Assembly: GCA_005881215.1 (NCBI GenBank)
Contig: VBDZ01000008.1
Coordinates: forward strand, 2,275-66,274
Direction: 5' to 3'
Length of the DNA: 64,000 nt
Source of the DNA: Chloroflexota bacterium
Lineage (GTDB): Bacteria > Chloroflexota > Dormibacteria > CF-121
In this document: positions 27,649-37,746 of the stretch, piece by piece
How positions within the stretch are numbered: the stretch's first letter is position 1
How the letters are laid out: each line of letters begins with the position of its first letter
Notes under the pieces: model-generated
The model's input: the letters and a program-made list of their open reading frames with translations, nothing else
Told to the model about the DNA's origin: nothing
The model's database searches: none
Position numbers and translations under genes: made by a program

Positions 27649-28348
27649 GGTACCCTCCCGCATCTTCGTCTCTGACAATCTGGCCGCCTTCGATGGCCAC
27701 CACTCGTCGCCGCATGACGTCGACGATCTCCCGGTTGTGGGTCGCCATCAAGACGGTGGTGCCCCGCGCGTTGATCTGTAGCAGCAGCTGGATGATCTCC
27801 CAGGAGGTCGCCGGGTCGAGGTTGCCGGTCGGCTCATCCGCGAGGAAGATCCGCGGATCGTGGACCAGGGCGCGCGCGATCGCGACCCGTTGCTGCTCGC
27901 CGCCGGACAGCTGGTCCGGATACTTGTTCTCCTTCCCCTCGAGCCCCACGATGCTGAGCACTTCCTCGACCTTGGGTTTCAGGTGCCGCAGCGCGCCTTC
28001 GGTGACCCGTAAGGCGAAGCCCACGTTCTGGAAGACGGTGAGGTTGGGGAGCAGCTTGAAGTCCTGGAACACCATCCCGATCTTCCGGCGCAGGTACGGA
28101 AGGTGCCGGCGCTTGAGCCGGCTGAGGTCCTGTCCCTCGACCCGGATGGTGCCGGTGGTCGCTTTCTCCTCGCGGATCAACAGCCGGACCAGGGTCGATT
28201 TGCCGGCGCCACTTGGCCCGACCAGGAAGACGAAGTCCTGCTTGGGAATCTCCAGCGTCACGTCGCGCAGCGCGACCGTGCCATTGGGATAGGTCTTTTG
28301 CACGTGATCGAGGCTGATCTGCGGGGCGGCCGGAATTATGGTTGCCAC
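27623..28348 (-). CDS. ftsE: Cell division ATP-binding protein FtsE
   Basis: In ORF 27623..28405. GTG 28348 has an AAGGG RBS; GTG 28405 has none. Walker A GPSGAGKST, LSGGEQQR, FLADEPTGNLD. Confidence 0.9.
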   Translation of the reverse strand: MATIIPAAPQISLDHVQKTYPNGTVALRDVTLEIPKQDFVFLVGPSGAGKSTLVRLLIREEKATTGTIRVEGQDLSRLKRRHLPYLRRKIGMVFQDFKLLPNLTVFQNVGFALRVTEGALRHLKPKVEEVLSIVGLEGKENKYPDQLSGGEQQRVAIARALVHDPRIFLADEPTGNLDPATSWEIIQLLLQINARGTTVLMATHNREIVDVMRRRVVAIEGGQIVRDEDAGGYHAPALESH

Positions 28349-28558
28349 GCGCGCCCTTGCTGGCAACGTCGTCCGTGTCGGCTGGGTCGTGATTGTTGCT
28401 GGCACGAAAGCAAATCCATTCCGAAAGCCGGGGCCACGGCAGGCTGAGCCCTTTCGGGCCGAACGACTTGGGAAGTATAGGGCATCCTTTCGCGCAATGC
28501 TCTGTTAATTCACTCTCTGTCCAAAAGCCGGCCGACCCGCTTCCTATACTCAAGCACC

Positions 28559-29563
28559 ATGCCTTTTCTCGCCGCCCCGATGGTCCGCGTCGAGCGTGGC
28601 GGCGTCGAGGAGGCGATCCACCCCGGACATCTGGCGGCGGTCGACGCCAGCGGTCGGGTCCGGGCGAGCGTGGGAAATCCCGATCGCCTCACCTACTTTC
28701 GTTCCTGCGCGAAGCCGTTTCAGGCGATGGCGGCGCTGCGCACCGGGATGGCTCTCCGGTTCAACCTGGCGTCGGAACACGTGGCCATCATGGCCGCCTC
28801 CCACAACGGCGAGCCGGGTCACGTCGAAGTGGTTCGCGACCTTCTCGATCGCGTGGGCATCCCCGAAAGCGCGCTGCAATGCGGCGCCCACTGGCCCTAT
28901 TACGAGCCGGCGGCGACCGTGGCCCGCCGCGCGATGGAGGAGCCGCTGGAGATCTTCAACAACTGTTCGGGAAAGCACGCCGGCATGCTCGCCGCGGCCC
29001 GCGCCCTCGGCGCGCCGCTGGAGACCTACCTCGACCGCGAGCATCCGATCCAGCAACGCATCGCCGCCGTGATCGGCGAGTTCACCGCGGAACGGCCGGC
29101 CGAGATTCACTGGGGCATCGACGGTTGCAGCGCACCCAACGCGGCCGTGCCGCTAGCAGCGATCGCGCGGAGCTTCGCGGCGCTGGTCACCTCCCGGGAC
29201 GACCTCGCCCGCGGTACGGTCGAGGCGATGACGGGGCATCCCTTCCTGATCGGCGGGACGGACCGCTTCGACACCCGGCTGATGGAAGTGACGCACGGCC
29301 GGCTGCTGGCCAAGGGCGGGGCGGCCGGCGCGCACTGTACCGCTGACCGTCGGTCGGGACTCGGGCTTTCGATCAAGCTTGACAGTGGCGACGGCACCTG
29401 GACCGCGGTGGCCGTGATGGCGGCGCTGGAACGCCTCGGCTGGCTCGAGGAGGCCGAACGGGAGGCGCTGAAGTCGTTCGCCTCGCCCAGCCTGCGCAAC
29501 CACAAGCGGGTCGTGGTGGGCTCGGTCCGCCCGGTGTTCGACCTGGCCGTAACGGCCGCGTAA
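28559..29563 (+). CDS. Asparaginase_II family protein
   Basis: 334 aa: RSCAKPFQA, NCSGKHAGML, IDGCSAP. Confidence 0.8.
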   Translation: MPFLAAPMVRVERGGVEEAIHPGHLAAVDASGRVRASVGNPDRLTYFRSCAKPFQAMAALRTGMALRFNLASEHVAIMAASHNGEPGHVEVVRDLLDRVGIPESALQCGAHWPYYEPAATVARRAMEEPLEIFNNCSGKHAGMLAAARALGAPLETYLDREHPIQQRIAAVIGEFTAERPAEIHWGIDGCSAPNAAVPLAAIARSFAALVTSRDDLARGTVEAMTGHPFLIGGTDRFDTRLMEVTHGRLLAKGGAAGAHCTADRRSGLGLSIKLDSGDGTWTAVAVMAALERLGWLEEAEREALKSFASPSLRNHKRVVVGSVRPVFDLAVTAA

Positions 29564-29596
29564 CAGCGCGCGTAACCGGCCCGTATCGCGGGTTAT

Positions 29597-30886
29597 ATGC
29601 CCGTGCGGCGATTGCTGGGCTGGCCGGATCCCCAAGCGCTGGTCGTCAGCGGCCTGATCGGGCTGCTGCTGGCGGTGTACGCGTGGGTCGCGGTGGTCCC
29701 GGTATTCGGGGCGCATGCGCCGCGCGCCGACGACTTCCAGGATTACCTGCTCGCCGCCCACCAGCTCGCCACTGGCGGGGATCCGTACGCCAGTTTCGTC
29801 AACACCCGCGTGACCCACGATTGGTCTCTCAGCAGCGGCTATATCTATCCGCCAGTGTTCGCGGTCACCCTGATCCCGCTGACCTGGCTCTCGAATGACC
29901 TGGCCGTCCGCCTCTGGCTGATCCTGATCCAGGCGGCCGTTGTCGCCAGCCTGGTGATCATCTATGGCGTCATCGGCCGGCCGCGACGCGGCGAACTGCT
30001 CTGCCTGGTCGCGGTCCTGACGACGTTTTTCCCCTTGTTGAGCAGCAATCTCACCGGCACCATGAACGCGATCCTGCTGCTCTTACTGACCGGGGCGTGG
30101 GCCGCGTGGCAACGACAACGCGACCTCGCCGCGGGTGCAATGGTGGGGATCGCCGCGGTGTTCAAGCTCTTTCCGATTGCCCTGGTGCCGTACCTTGCCT
30201 GGCGACGCCATTGGCGGCTGCTCGCCGCCCTCGGCGCCACGCTGATTGGTGGCCTGCTCCTTGGTCTCGCCGTCACCAGCCTTGAGCACAACATCTATTA
30301 CTTCCACGACATCCTGCCCCACCTGGCGGCGGGCACCGGCTACCGGGAAAACCAGTCTCTCGCGGGATTTACGGCCCGAATCTGTAACCCCTCCCTGGCG
30401 GATGCCGGCGGCAGCGCCGGCTGGTGCGGCCGCCTGCTCGACTGGCCGCTGGTGCTGGCGCTCCTGTTCATCGTCGTGATGGCGACCTCAGGCGCGAGCC
30501 GCTCCGGGCTTGAGTTCGCGCTGGCGGTCACCACCCTGCCCCTGATCAGCAGCGTGACCTGGAGCTTCCACCTGGTGGTCCTGATTCTGCCGATCGCCCT
30601 TCTGATCCGGCGGGCGTTCAGCGGCGAAATGTCGCGAGGCGCCGGTCGCGTCTTGATCGTCGCCTGGCTCTGCTTCTCGGTCGGCCCCGCGATCCACTAC
30701 CTGTTGATCTTCCATCCCCTCCCCCAGTTGCCCGGCATCCTCGACGTGGTTCCTCCTGCGCTAACCCGATTGGCCGCCGAGGCCTACGTCATCGGAACGC
30801 TCGTCGTTTTCGCGAGCCTCTGGTTCGCCCTGCGATCCGATCGCAACGCCGGATCGGCCGACCAGCCGTTCGCCAGGGCTGCCTGA
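29597..30886 (+). CDS. DUF2029/GT87-like polytopic membrane glycosyltransferase (remote paralogue of the 48-56 kb set)
   Basis: 429 aa. After TM1 it has DDFQDYLLAAHQLATGGDPY, then YIYPPVFAV, and mid-protein FKLFP. Confidence 0.75.
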   Translation: MPVRRLLGWPDPQALVVSGLIGLLLAVYAWVAVVPVFGAHAPRADDFQDYLLAAHQLATGGDPYASFVNTRVTHDWSLSSGYIYPPVFAVTLIPLTWLSNDLAVRLWLILIQAAVVASLVIIYGVIGRPRRGELLCLVAVLTTFFPLLSSNLTGTMNAILLLLLTGAWAAWQRQRDLAAGAMVGIAAVFKLFPIALVPYLAWRRHWRLLAALGATLIGGLLLGLAVTSLEHNIYYFHDILPHLAAGTGYRENQSLAGFTARICNPSLADAGGSAGWCGRLLDWPLVLALLFIVVMATSGASRSGLEFALAVTTLPLISSVTWSFHLVVLILPIALLIRRAFSGEMSRGAGRVLIVAWLCFSVGPAIHYLLIFHPLPQLPGILDVVPPALTRLAAEAYVIGTLVVFASLWFALRSDRNAGSADQPFARAA

Positions 30887-30890
30887 GCGA

Positions 30891-31472
30891 TCAGGCTTGC
30901 TCTAATAATCGGTCGATCGGCACGGCGAGCCGGAATCCTGGCGCATTCGCGGAGCTCAACGACGTTCGTTCGATGACCTCCCGATGAGGCCACGGCCACA
31001 GCGTCAATTGCGAGAGAACGTCAAGTCTGGTGCGGTCTCCGCTGAGGTTCAGATAGGCTCGGATTCGCCACGGCCGCCCGGCTTGGCCGCGATACAGGCA
31101 GCTCCATTCGATCGGTCGCGCGAATTCCTCGGCGAGGACGGCACCAAGGCGCTGGAAGGGTACGTCGCTAGACGGCCAGCGGTCGACGACGTGGCCCAGA
31201 TCGATCTGATCGTGATCGCTAAGGTCGGAGACGACGGCCCACCGAAGATCAACGAATTCCGGCCGGGCGAGGAACACGAGCGAGACGCCACCAAGCCAGT
31301 GATGCGGGATGACGAGGATACAGACCTCTTCGCCTTCTCCCGTGATCAACGTCTCGAGAGGGTCGACCATCCCAGGAGCTTGCGCCTGTAGGGCTTCGCG
31401 GACCGCGCCAATCAGCGCCTGCCAGCGCGGGAAATATTCGGCGCTGACCCCCACACGTAGATACTGGCTCAC
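30891..31472 (-). CDS. Hypothetical protein, no recognisable family
   Basis: 193 aa soluble ORF with no motif I can assign. Confidence 0.5.
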   Translation of the reverse strand: MSQYLRVGVSAEYFPRWQALIGAVREALQAQAPGMVDPLETLITGEGEEVCILVIPHHWLGGVSLVFLARPEFVDLRWAVVSDLSDHDQIDLGHVVDRWPSSDVPFQRLGAVLAEEFARPIEWSCLYRGQAGRPWRIRAYLNLSGDRTRLDVLSQLTLWPWPHREVIERTSLSSANAPGFRLAVPIDRLLEQA

Positions 31473-31495
31473 CGCCCGCTCTCGGAGGCTCGAGC

Positions 31496-32609
31496 TTAGG
31501 CCGCCTCACCCTCGCGGCCGGCGTCGAGGCGGAGGAAGGCTTCCATGAAGTTGTTCAGGTCGCCGTCGAGCACCGCCTGGACGTTGCCCACCTCGAGACC
31601 GGTGCGATGGTCCTTGACGAGGGTGTAGGGATGGAGCACATAGCTGCGGATCTGGCTGCCCCACTCGTTCGACTGGTGCGCGCCCTTCAGCTCCTGCCGC
31701 TGCTCGGACCGCTGCTGCTCGCGTAGCGCCACCAGGCGGGAGCGCAGCACCTTGAGCGCCAGTTCGCGGTTCTTGATCTGGGAGCGCTCGTTCTGGCAGG
31801 TCACGATGATGCCGGTCGGCAGGTGGGTCATCCGGACCGCCGACGAGGTCTTGTTCACGTGCTGGCCGCCTGCCCCGCTCGAGCGGTAGACATCGACCTT
31901 GAGGTCCTCGGGGCGGATCTCGATGTCGGTGTCGTCCTCGATCTCCGGAATCACCTCGACCAGGGCGAACGAGGTATGCCGCCGGTGGGCCTGGTCGTAG
32001 GGCGACAAGCGGACCAGCCGGTGCACACCGCGCTCGGCGCGCAGCCATCCGAAGGCGCGCTTCCCGGTGATGCGCACCGTCACGCTCTTATACCCGGCCT
32101 CTTCCCCGGGTGACTCGTCGATGATCTCGGCGTGCAACTTGTTCCGCTCAGCCCACCGCAGATACATCCGGAGCAGCATCTCGGCCCAGTCCTGCGAGTC
32201 GGTGCCGCCGGCGCCGGCGTGAATGCTGACCAGCGCGGGATTGCCGGCATACGGGTTGGCGAAGAGCAGGTCGACCTCCTGCTTCTCGACATCAGTATTG
32301 AGGGCGCGCAGGTCCTGCTCGAGCGTCTCCTGGAGGTGCCCGTCATCCTCGGCCATCGCCATCTCGGCCAGGCCGATGACGTCTTTGGCGCGGACCTCGA
32401 GCCTTCGCCAGACCTGGACCTCGTCGCGCAGGCCCTTGGATTCCTGGGCCAGCCGCTGGGCTCGCGGCGGATCCTGCCAGATGTTGGGGTCGGCTAGCTC
32501 GCGCTGCAGCGCGTCGAGGCGCTGGCTCTTGTCGGGCAGGTCAAAGATGCTCCTGGAGTTGCAGGATCTTCTTCAGAAGGTCGTTCGCCTGGTCGAGGAT
32601 CTGTTCCAT
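31496..32609 (-). CDS. prfB: Peptide chain release factor 2, expressed via programmed +1 frameshift
   Basis: ATG 32609 gives MEQILDQANDLLKKILQLQEHL, then CTT TGA C. A +1 shift continues DLPDKSQRLDALQRELADPNIW... into ORF 31496..32362, which contains GGQ (SGAGGQHVN). Confidence 0.95.
32540..32554 (-). other. RF2 programmed +1 frameshift site
   Basis: The minus strand reads AGGAG-CAT-CTT-TGA-C. An internal SD-like AGGAG sits 3 nt before the slippery CUU, followed by an in-frame UGA (32543-32541) and then C. Confidence 0.92.
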
Positions 32610-32612
32610 GGC

Positions 32613-32858
32613 CTAGTGTCCGTGACAGTTCTTGAATCGCTTGCCGCTGCCGCAGGGACAGATGTCGTTGCGCCCGACGCCGGCGAAATTCAGCGATTGC
32701 GGCCGGCGGAATGGCAACCGCGGGGCCGCGGCTGCGCTGGCGCCTCCCGCCTTCGGCGCCTGGGGCGGCTGCGCCACGTCCTCGGCCCGTACCGGATTCG
32801 CCGCGGTGGCCGCCTTGACGGGTGACGTCTTGTTCGACCCGGCCTTCTTCTTAGCCAT
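32613..32858 (-). CDS. Small SEC-C motif (SecA C-terminal zinc-finger-like) protein
   Basis: 81 aa. Lys/Ala/Pro-rich N-terminus and a C-terminus [20 protein letters not shown]. Its stop is 3 nt before the prfB ATG. Confidence 0.75.
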   Translation of the reverse strand: MAKKKAGSNKTSPVKAATAANPVRAEDVAQPPQAPKAGGASAAAAPRLPFRRPQSLNFAGVGRNDICPCGSGKRFKNCHGH

Positions 32859-32923
32859 CGCCGGAAATCCTACCCGAAGATGGGCGATTTTACGCCAGCG
32901 CTATTCTTCCCTGAGATCAGCCA

Positions 32924-33274
32924 ATGCTCGACAAGGCCAAACTGCCGCCTGATATCTGGGCCCGGATCCTCTGGCTGCCGGCTGACGATTCTGACCGAAG
33001 CCAGCGCCCGATCGTCCTGGTCACCGACCGCCCCCGCTTCTTGATTGGCGGCATTCCCGCGGTGGCGGCCCTCTTCGTAGCCGTGGTTCTCTTGCTGGCT
33101 CGGGTGCCCGTCGGGGTGGGATTCCTTTTCCTGATCATCTCGATTGCAGCCGGACTTTATGCCCGCGGCGGTAAGAGCGGGTACTACGACGTTGCCCAGG
33201 ACGGCAGCCTGGGTCACTTTTACGGACGGCGAGTTCCGGCGGGCCTCAGCGCAATGCGTCGAACGAAACCGTAG
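32924..33274 (+). CDS. Hypothetical membrane protein (two TM helices)
   Basis: 116 aa. High third-position GC, and two clear hydrophobic helices. The overlapping minus ORF 32870..33217 looks like a shadow frame. Confidence 0.5.
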   Translation: MLDKAKLPPDIWARILWLPADDSDRSQRPIVLVTDRPRFLIGGIPAVAALFVAVVLLLARVPVGVGFLFLIISIAAGLYARGGKSGYYDVAQDGSLGHFYGRRVPAGLSAMRRTKP

Positions 33275-33295
33275 CCCTGGATCGCGCCCGGCCGA

Positions 33296-35872
33296 TCAGC
33301 GGCCGTGACATTTCTTGTATTTCTTTCCGCTCCCGCACCAGCACGGATCGTTGCGGCCGAGCTTCGCGCCCGCCGGCACCGGGGTCTTCGCGCCACCGCC
33401 GTTGGGGCTCGCCGCGCGCGGCGGCGAGGCCGGCGGGTTGGCCATCGCGGGCGGCGGCGGGGGTTCCTTCGTGATTTGCACCCGGTACATCATGGAGGCG
33501 ATCTCGAACTGGATGTCGTTGAGCAGCTCCTGGAAGGCCTGGAACGCCTCGTTCTTGTACTCGACCAGCGGGTCTTTCTGGCCGAACGCCCGCAGCCCGA
33601 TGCTCTCTTTGAAGTTCTCCATCATCGTCAGGTAACTGATCCACTTGCTGTCGATCGTCCGCAACACGATCCACTTCTCCGCGCCGCGCATCACCTCCGG
33701 CGTCAGCTCGGCTTCCTTCGCCTGGTAGGCGGTGTCGGCGTACTCCATCAGGCGGTCGACCGCCGCTTCCCTGGTCTCGCCGAACTCCTCGGCCGGCATC
33801 TCGCTGAACGGTGGCAACGGGAACACTGCGCCCAGCTGCGCGTGCAGGCCTTCCAGGTCCCAGTTGCCGGGGTGCCGCGATTCGCAGTGCTCGTTGACCG
33901 CGTCCTCGACCGCCTTGCGGATCCAGCTCTGCACCTGCTCGCGGAGGTCTACCCCCTCGAGCACCCGGCGGCGCTCGCCGTAGATGATCTCGCGCTGCTT
34001 GTTCATCACGTCGTCGTATTCGACGAGATAGCGGCGGGCGTCGAAGTTATGCCCCTCGACCTTGGTTTGCGCCCCCTCGATCTGCCTCGAGACCAGGCGG
34101 GACTCGATCGGTTCATCGTCGGCGACCCGGAGCATGTTCATCATGCTTTTGATCCGCTCGCCGCCGAAGATCCGCATCAGGTCGTCGTCCAGCGCCAGGA
34201 AGAAGCGGGATGAGCCCGGGTCTCCCTGCCGGCCGGAGCGACCGCGCAGCTGGTTGTCGATCCGGCGACTCTCGTGCCGCTCGGTGCCGACGATGTGCAG
34301 GCCGCCCGCGTCCGCCACCCCGGGGCCGAGGACGATGTCGGTGCCGCGGCCGGCCATGTTGGTGGCGATGGTGACCGCGCCGGGCTGCCCGGCCTTGGCC
34401 ACGATCAGGGCTTCGCGTTCGTGCTGCTTGGCGTTCAGCACCTCGTGCGGGACGCCCCGCTTTTCCAGCAGCCGGGCGAGCCGCTCGGACTTCTCCACCG
34501 ACACGGTGCCGACCAGGACCGGCCGGCCGGTGCCGGCCGTCTCCTGGATCTCGTCGGCCACGGCCTTGAACTTGGCGTCTTCGGTCTTATAGATGAGGTC
34601 CGCGTTATCGGTGCGGATCATCGGCTTATGGGTGGGAATCACCACCACCTGCAGCTTGTAGATCTTGTCGAACTCCTCGGCCTCGGTCACGGCCGTCCCC
34701 GTCATGCCGGCCAGCTTCTTGTAGAGGCGGAAGTAGTTCTGGTAGGTGATGGTGGCCAGCGTCTGGGTTTCCTGCTGGACCTTGACGCCTTCCTTGGCCT
34801 CCACTGCCTGGTGCAGGCCGTCGGCCCAGCGGCGGCCGGGCTGCTGGCGCCCGGTGAACTCGTCGACGATCACGACCTCGCCGTCCTTGACGAGGTAATC
34901 CCGGTCGCGCTTGAAGAGCGTGTACGCCTTGAGCGCCTGGTTGATCTGGTGGGCCTCGTCCACGTGCTCCAGTTCGTAGACGTTCTTGATCCCGGTCCAG
35001 CGCTCGATCTTGGCGATCCCCTCTTCGGTGAGGGCCGCCGACTTGGTTTTCTCGTCGACGGTGTAATCCTCCGGGGCGAGCCGCGGGATCAGGCGAGCGT
35101 ACTGGTAGTACTTTTCGGTCGATTCCTGCGCCTGCCCGGAGATGATGAGCGGCGTCCGGGCCTCGTCGATCAAGATGCTGTCGACCTCGTCGACGATGGC
35201 GAAGTTCAGGCCGCGCTGCACGCACTGGGCCAGGTCGACCGCCATGTTGTCGCGCAGGTAATCGAACCCGAACTCGCTGTTGGTGCCGTAGGTGATGTCG
35301 GCCTGGTAGGCCTCCGCGCGAGTGACTGGGCGCAGGTGTTGCAGCCGGGGATCGGGATGGGTCTCGTCCAGGAAATCGGGGTCATAGCGCAACGACATCT
35401 CGTGGCCCATGACGGCGACGCTCATCCCCAACGCGTGGTAGATGGGCGCGTTCCAGCCGGCGTCGCGGCGGGCCAGGTAGTCGTTGACCGTGATCAGGTG
35501 CGCACCCTTCCCCTCCAGCGCATTCAGGTACAGCGGCAGCACGGCGACCAGGGTCTTGCCCTCGCCGGTCTTCATCTCGGCGATGTGTCCCTGGTGCAGC
35601 ACGATGCCGCCCACCAGCTGGACGTCGAAGGGCCGCAGCCCGATGGTGCGGCGGGCTGCCTCCCGGACGACAGCGAATGCCTCGACCAGCAGGTCGTCCA
35701 GGGCTTCGCCCTGCTCCAGGCGCTGGCGGAACTCCGCCGTCTTGGCCTTCAGCTCGTCGTCGTTGAGCTTCTCGAGCAGCGGCTCGAGCTCGTTGGCCTC
35801 GGCCACCCGCTCGAGGTGCCGCTTGACTTCGCGGGCATTCGGATCGCCTAAGACTTTGGTAAGGACGCTCAT
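33296..35872 (-). CDS. secA: Preprotein translocase ATPase SecA
   Basis: 858 aa: [18 protein letters not shown]..., [10 protein letters not shown], and the C-terminal zinc finger [20 protein letters not shown]. Confidence 0.97.
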   Translation of the reverse strand: MSVLTKVLGDPNAREVKRHLERVAEANELEPLLEKLNDDELKAKTAEFRQRLEQGEALDDLLVEAFAVVREAARRTIGLRPFDVQLVGGIVLHQGHIAEMKTGEGKTLVAVLPLYLNALEGKGAHLITVNDYLARRDAGWNAPIYHALGMSVAVMGHEMSLRYDPDFLDETHPDPRLQHLRPVTRAEAYQADITYGTNSEFGFDYLRDNMAVDLAQCVQRGLNFAIVDEVDSILIDEARTPLIISGQAQESTEKYYQYARLIPRLAPEDYTVDEKTKSAALTEEGIAKIERWTGIKNVYELEHVDEAHQINQALKAYTLFKRDRDYLVKDGEVVIVDEFTGRQQPGRRWADGLHQAVEAKEGVKVQQETQTLATITYQNYFRLYKKLAGMTGTAVTEAEEFDKIYKLQVVVIPTHKPMIRTDNADLIYKTEDAKFKAVADEIQETAGTGRPVLVGTVSVEKSERLARLLEKRGVPHEVLNAKQHEREALIVAKAGQPGAVTIATNMAGRGTDIVLGPGVADAGGLHIVGTERHESRRIDNQLRGRSGRQGDPGSSRFFLALDDDLMRIFGGERIKSMMNMLRVADDEPIESRLVSRQIEGAQTKVEGHNFDARRYLVEYDDVMNKQREIIYGERRRVLEGVDLREQVQSWIRKAVEDAVNEHCESRHPGNWDLEGLHAQLGAVFPLPPFSEMPAEEFGETREAAVDRLMEYADTAYQAKEAELTPEVMRGAEKWIVLRTIDSKWISYLTMMENFKESIGLRAFGQKDPLVEYKNEAFQAFQELLNDIQFEIASMMYRVQITKEPPPPPAMANPPASPPRAASPNGGGAKTPVPAGAKLGRNDPCWCGSGKKYKKCHGR

Positions 35873-35932
35873 GGACAGAGCTGAGGACTCAGCAACCAGT
35901 AAGCATACCCGGCCTCAATTGAGCCAAACGGG

Positions 35933-36493
35933 CTAGCTGAGATCGGCTTCGACCAGCCCCAGGCTCCCGTCGTGCCGGCGGTAGAGCAGGTTCAGCTCCT
36001 GGGTGTCCTCGTTGAGAAAGAGGAAGAAGGCATGGCCGAGGCGCTCCATCTCCTCGCGCGCCTGCTCCTCCGGCATCGGCTTCATCTTGAAGCGTTTGAT
36101 CTTCGCCACCCCGTTCGGCCGCAGCGCCGTTGTGGCCGGCGAGGTCGGACCGAGGGCGACCACGGCCGCCGGCTTGGCGCGGCGATGGTCCTTCAGCTTC
36201 TCCTTGTGCTGCCGGATCTGGCGATCCATCTTGTCGATCACCAGGTCCACCGCCTCGTTCATGTGGCCCGCGGACTGGACCGCCTTGAGGATGTTGCCGG
36301 TGCGGCCCGTGACGTGCACCGTCAGCTCGGCCACCTTCATGTTTTCCAGGCTCTTGTTCTTCTCCGTCCCCAACTCCATGCGCGCTTCCAGGATGTGGTC
36401 GAAATGGCGCGCCAGCTTCTCGAGCTTGGCCTGTGCGTACGCCTTGATCTGCGGATCGGCCGCGGACTTCTTGGCCTGGATCAAGATCTCCAT
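35933..36493 (-). CDS. hpf: Ribosome hibernation promoting factor (long form)
   Basis: In ORF 35933..36652. ATG 36493 is preceded by AGGAGG. It has an N-terminal YfiA/S30AE domain and a C-terminal dimerisation domain (FFLFLNEDTQELNLLYRRHDGSLGLV). Confidence 0.9.
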   Translation of the reverse strand: MEILIQAKKSAADPQIKAYAQAKLEKLARHFDHILEARMELGTEKNKSLENMKVAELTVHVTGRTGNILKAVQSAGHMNEAVDLVIDKMDRQIRQHKEKLKDHRRAKPAAVVALGPTSPATTALRPNGVAKIKRFKMKPMPEEQAREEMERLGHAFFLFLNEDTQELNLLYRRHDGSLGLVEADLS

Positions 36494-36581
36494 GGTGCCT
36501 CCTGTGAGATCTTTGTGGACAGGAGTATAGATCAGCGGCTCGCGCACGGGGACGAATCCGTTCGCGCGCGCCAGATAGCAG

Positions 36582-37718
36582 CTAGGCGCGTTCGGTTGCC
36601 CGGCGATCCGGGAAGACCCGCGCCAGCTCTGGCGGGATGGGCACGCCGGCACCGAACAGCTTGTCCATGATGTGCGGCCGGATGCCGGTCGGCCGGAAGA
36701 CGCCGGTCATCTGGCCGTCTTTTCCGACGCCGTGCGACTCGTAGATGAAGATCTCCTGCATGGTGATCGTGTCGCCCTCCATGCCGGTGATTTCGGTGAT
36801 GCTGGTCACCTTGCGCTGCCCATCGCGCATGCGGGATAGCTGCACGATCAGGTCGATGGCGGAGGCGGTCTGCTGCCGGATCGCCTTGGCGGGCAGGTCG
36901 ATCCCGGCCATCAGCACCATGGTCTCCAGCCGCGACAGGGCGTCGCGAGTGGTGTTCGCATGCAGGGTGGTGATCGAGCCGTCGTGGCCGGTGTTCATCG
37001 CCTGCAGCATGTCCAGCGCCTCGCCGGCACGACACTCGCCGACGACGATCCGGTCCGGACGCATCCGCAGGGCGTTGATGACCAGGTCGCGAATGGCGAC
37101 CTTGTTCTCACCGTTGAGGTCGGGTGGGCGGGACTCCATCCGGCAGACGTGCTCCTGGTGGAGCTGCAGCTCGGCGGCATCTTCGATGGTGACGATCCGC
37201 TCGTCGGGAGGGATGAACGAAGAACAGACGTTGAGGAGCGTGGTCTTGCCGGTACCCGTTCCGCCCGAGATCAGCAGGTTGGAGCGAGCCATGACGCAGG
37301 CCTTGAGGAAGCCGACCGCCTCGTGCGTAATGGTGCCGAAGTTCACGAGGTCCTCAGCCTGATAGGGATCCCGGGAGAACTTTCGGATCGTCAGCATCGG
37401 GCCGTCCAGCGCAATCGGCGAAATCACGGCGTTGACGCGGGACCCGTCGAGCAGCCGGGCGTCAACCATCGGGGTGCGGAAGTCGATGCGCCGGCCGACG
37501 GCGGAGACGATAAAGTCGATCACCCGCAGCAGGTGATTCTCGTCGTCGAACTTGCGGTCGGTCAGCAGGATCTTGCCGTTGCGCTCGACGTAGATGTTTT
37601 CATGGCCGTTGACCATGACTTCGGTCAAGCTCTCGTCCAGGACCAGGTCGCGAATCGGTCCCAGCGCCTCGTAATAACGGGCTAGTTCGTCCTGCGAAAC
37701 CTCGGACGCGTTGACCAT
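36582..37718 (-). CDS. CpaF/TadA-family secretion ATPase, second copy (short N-terminus)
   Basis: In ORF 36582..37820, starting at ATG 37718. Walker A GGTGTGKTT, IVTIEDAAEL, ALRMRPDRIVVGECRAGEA, AMNTGHDGS. It is clearly paralogous to 40695..42116. Confidence 0.85.
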   Translation of the reverse strand: MVNASEVSQDELARYYEALGPIRDLVLDESLTEVMVNGHENIYVERNGKILLTDRKFDDENHLLRVIDFIVSAVGRRIDFRTPMVDARLLDGSRVNAVISPIALDGPMLTIRKFSRDPYQAEDLVNFGTITHEAVGFLKACVMARSNLLISGGTGTGKTTLLNVCSSFIPPDERIVTIEDAAELQLHQEHVCRMESRPPDLNGENKVAIRDLVINALRMRPDRIVVGECRAGEALDMLQAMNTGHDGSITTLHANTTRDALSRLETMVLMAGIDLPAKAIRQQTASAIDLIVQLSRMRDGQRKVTSITEITGMEGDTITMQEIFIYESHGVGKDGQMTGVFRPTGIRPHIMDKLFGAGVPIPPELARVFPDRRATERA

Positions 37719-37746
37719 GTAAGCCACAATCCCCCAAAACAGAGAT

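Noticed and set aside
28545-28561. TATACT hexamer 8 nt before the asparaginase ATG, and TATAGC 6 nt before GTG 54879, as possible leaderless-mRNA promoters
   Set aside because: No acceptable -35 element sits at 16-18 nt spacing in either case. A single -10-like hexamer is weak evidence.
34274-35851. 525-aa + strand ORF, plus similar long ORFs at 39612..41246, 48238..49425, 55628..57244, 59233..60825 and 887..1759
   Set aside because: All are antisense to genes with clear family motifs (secA, tadB/cpaF, GT-C genes, helicase) and show RGDH-rich shadow-frame composition.
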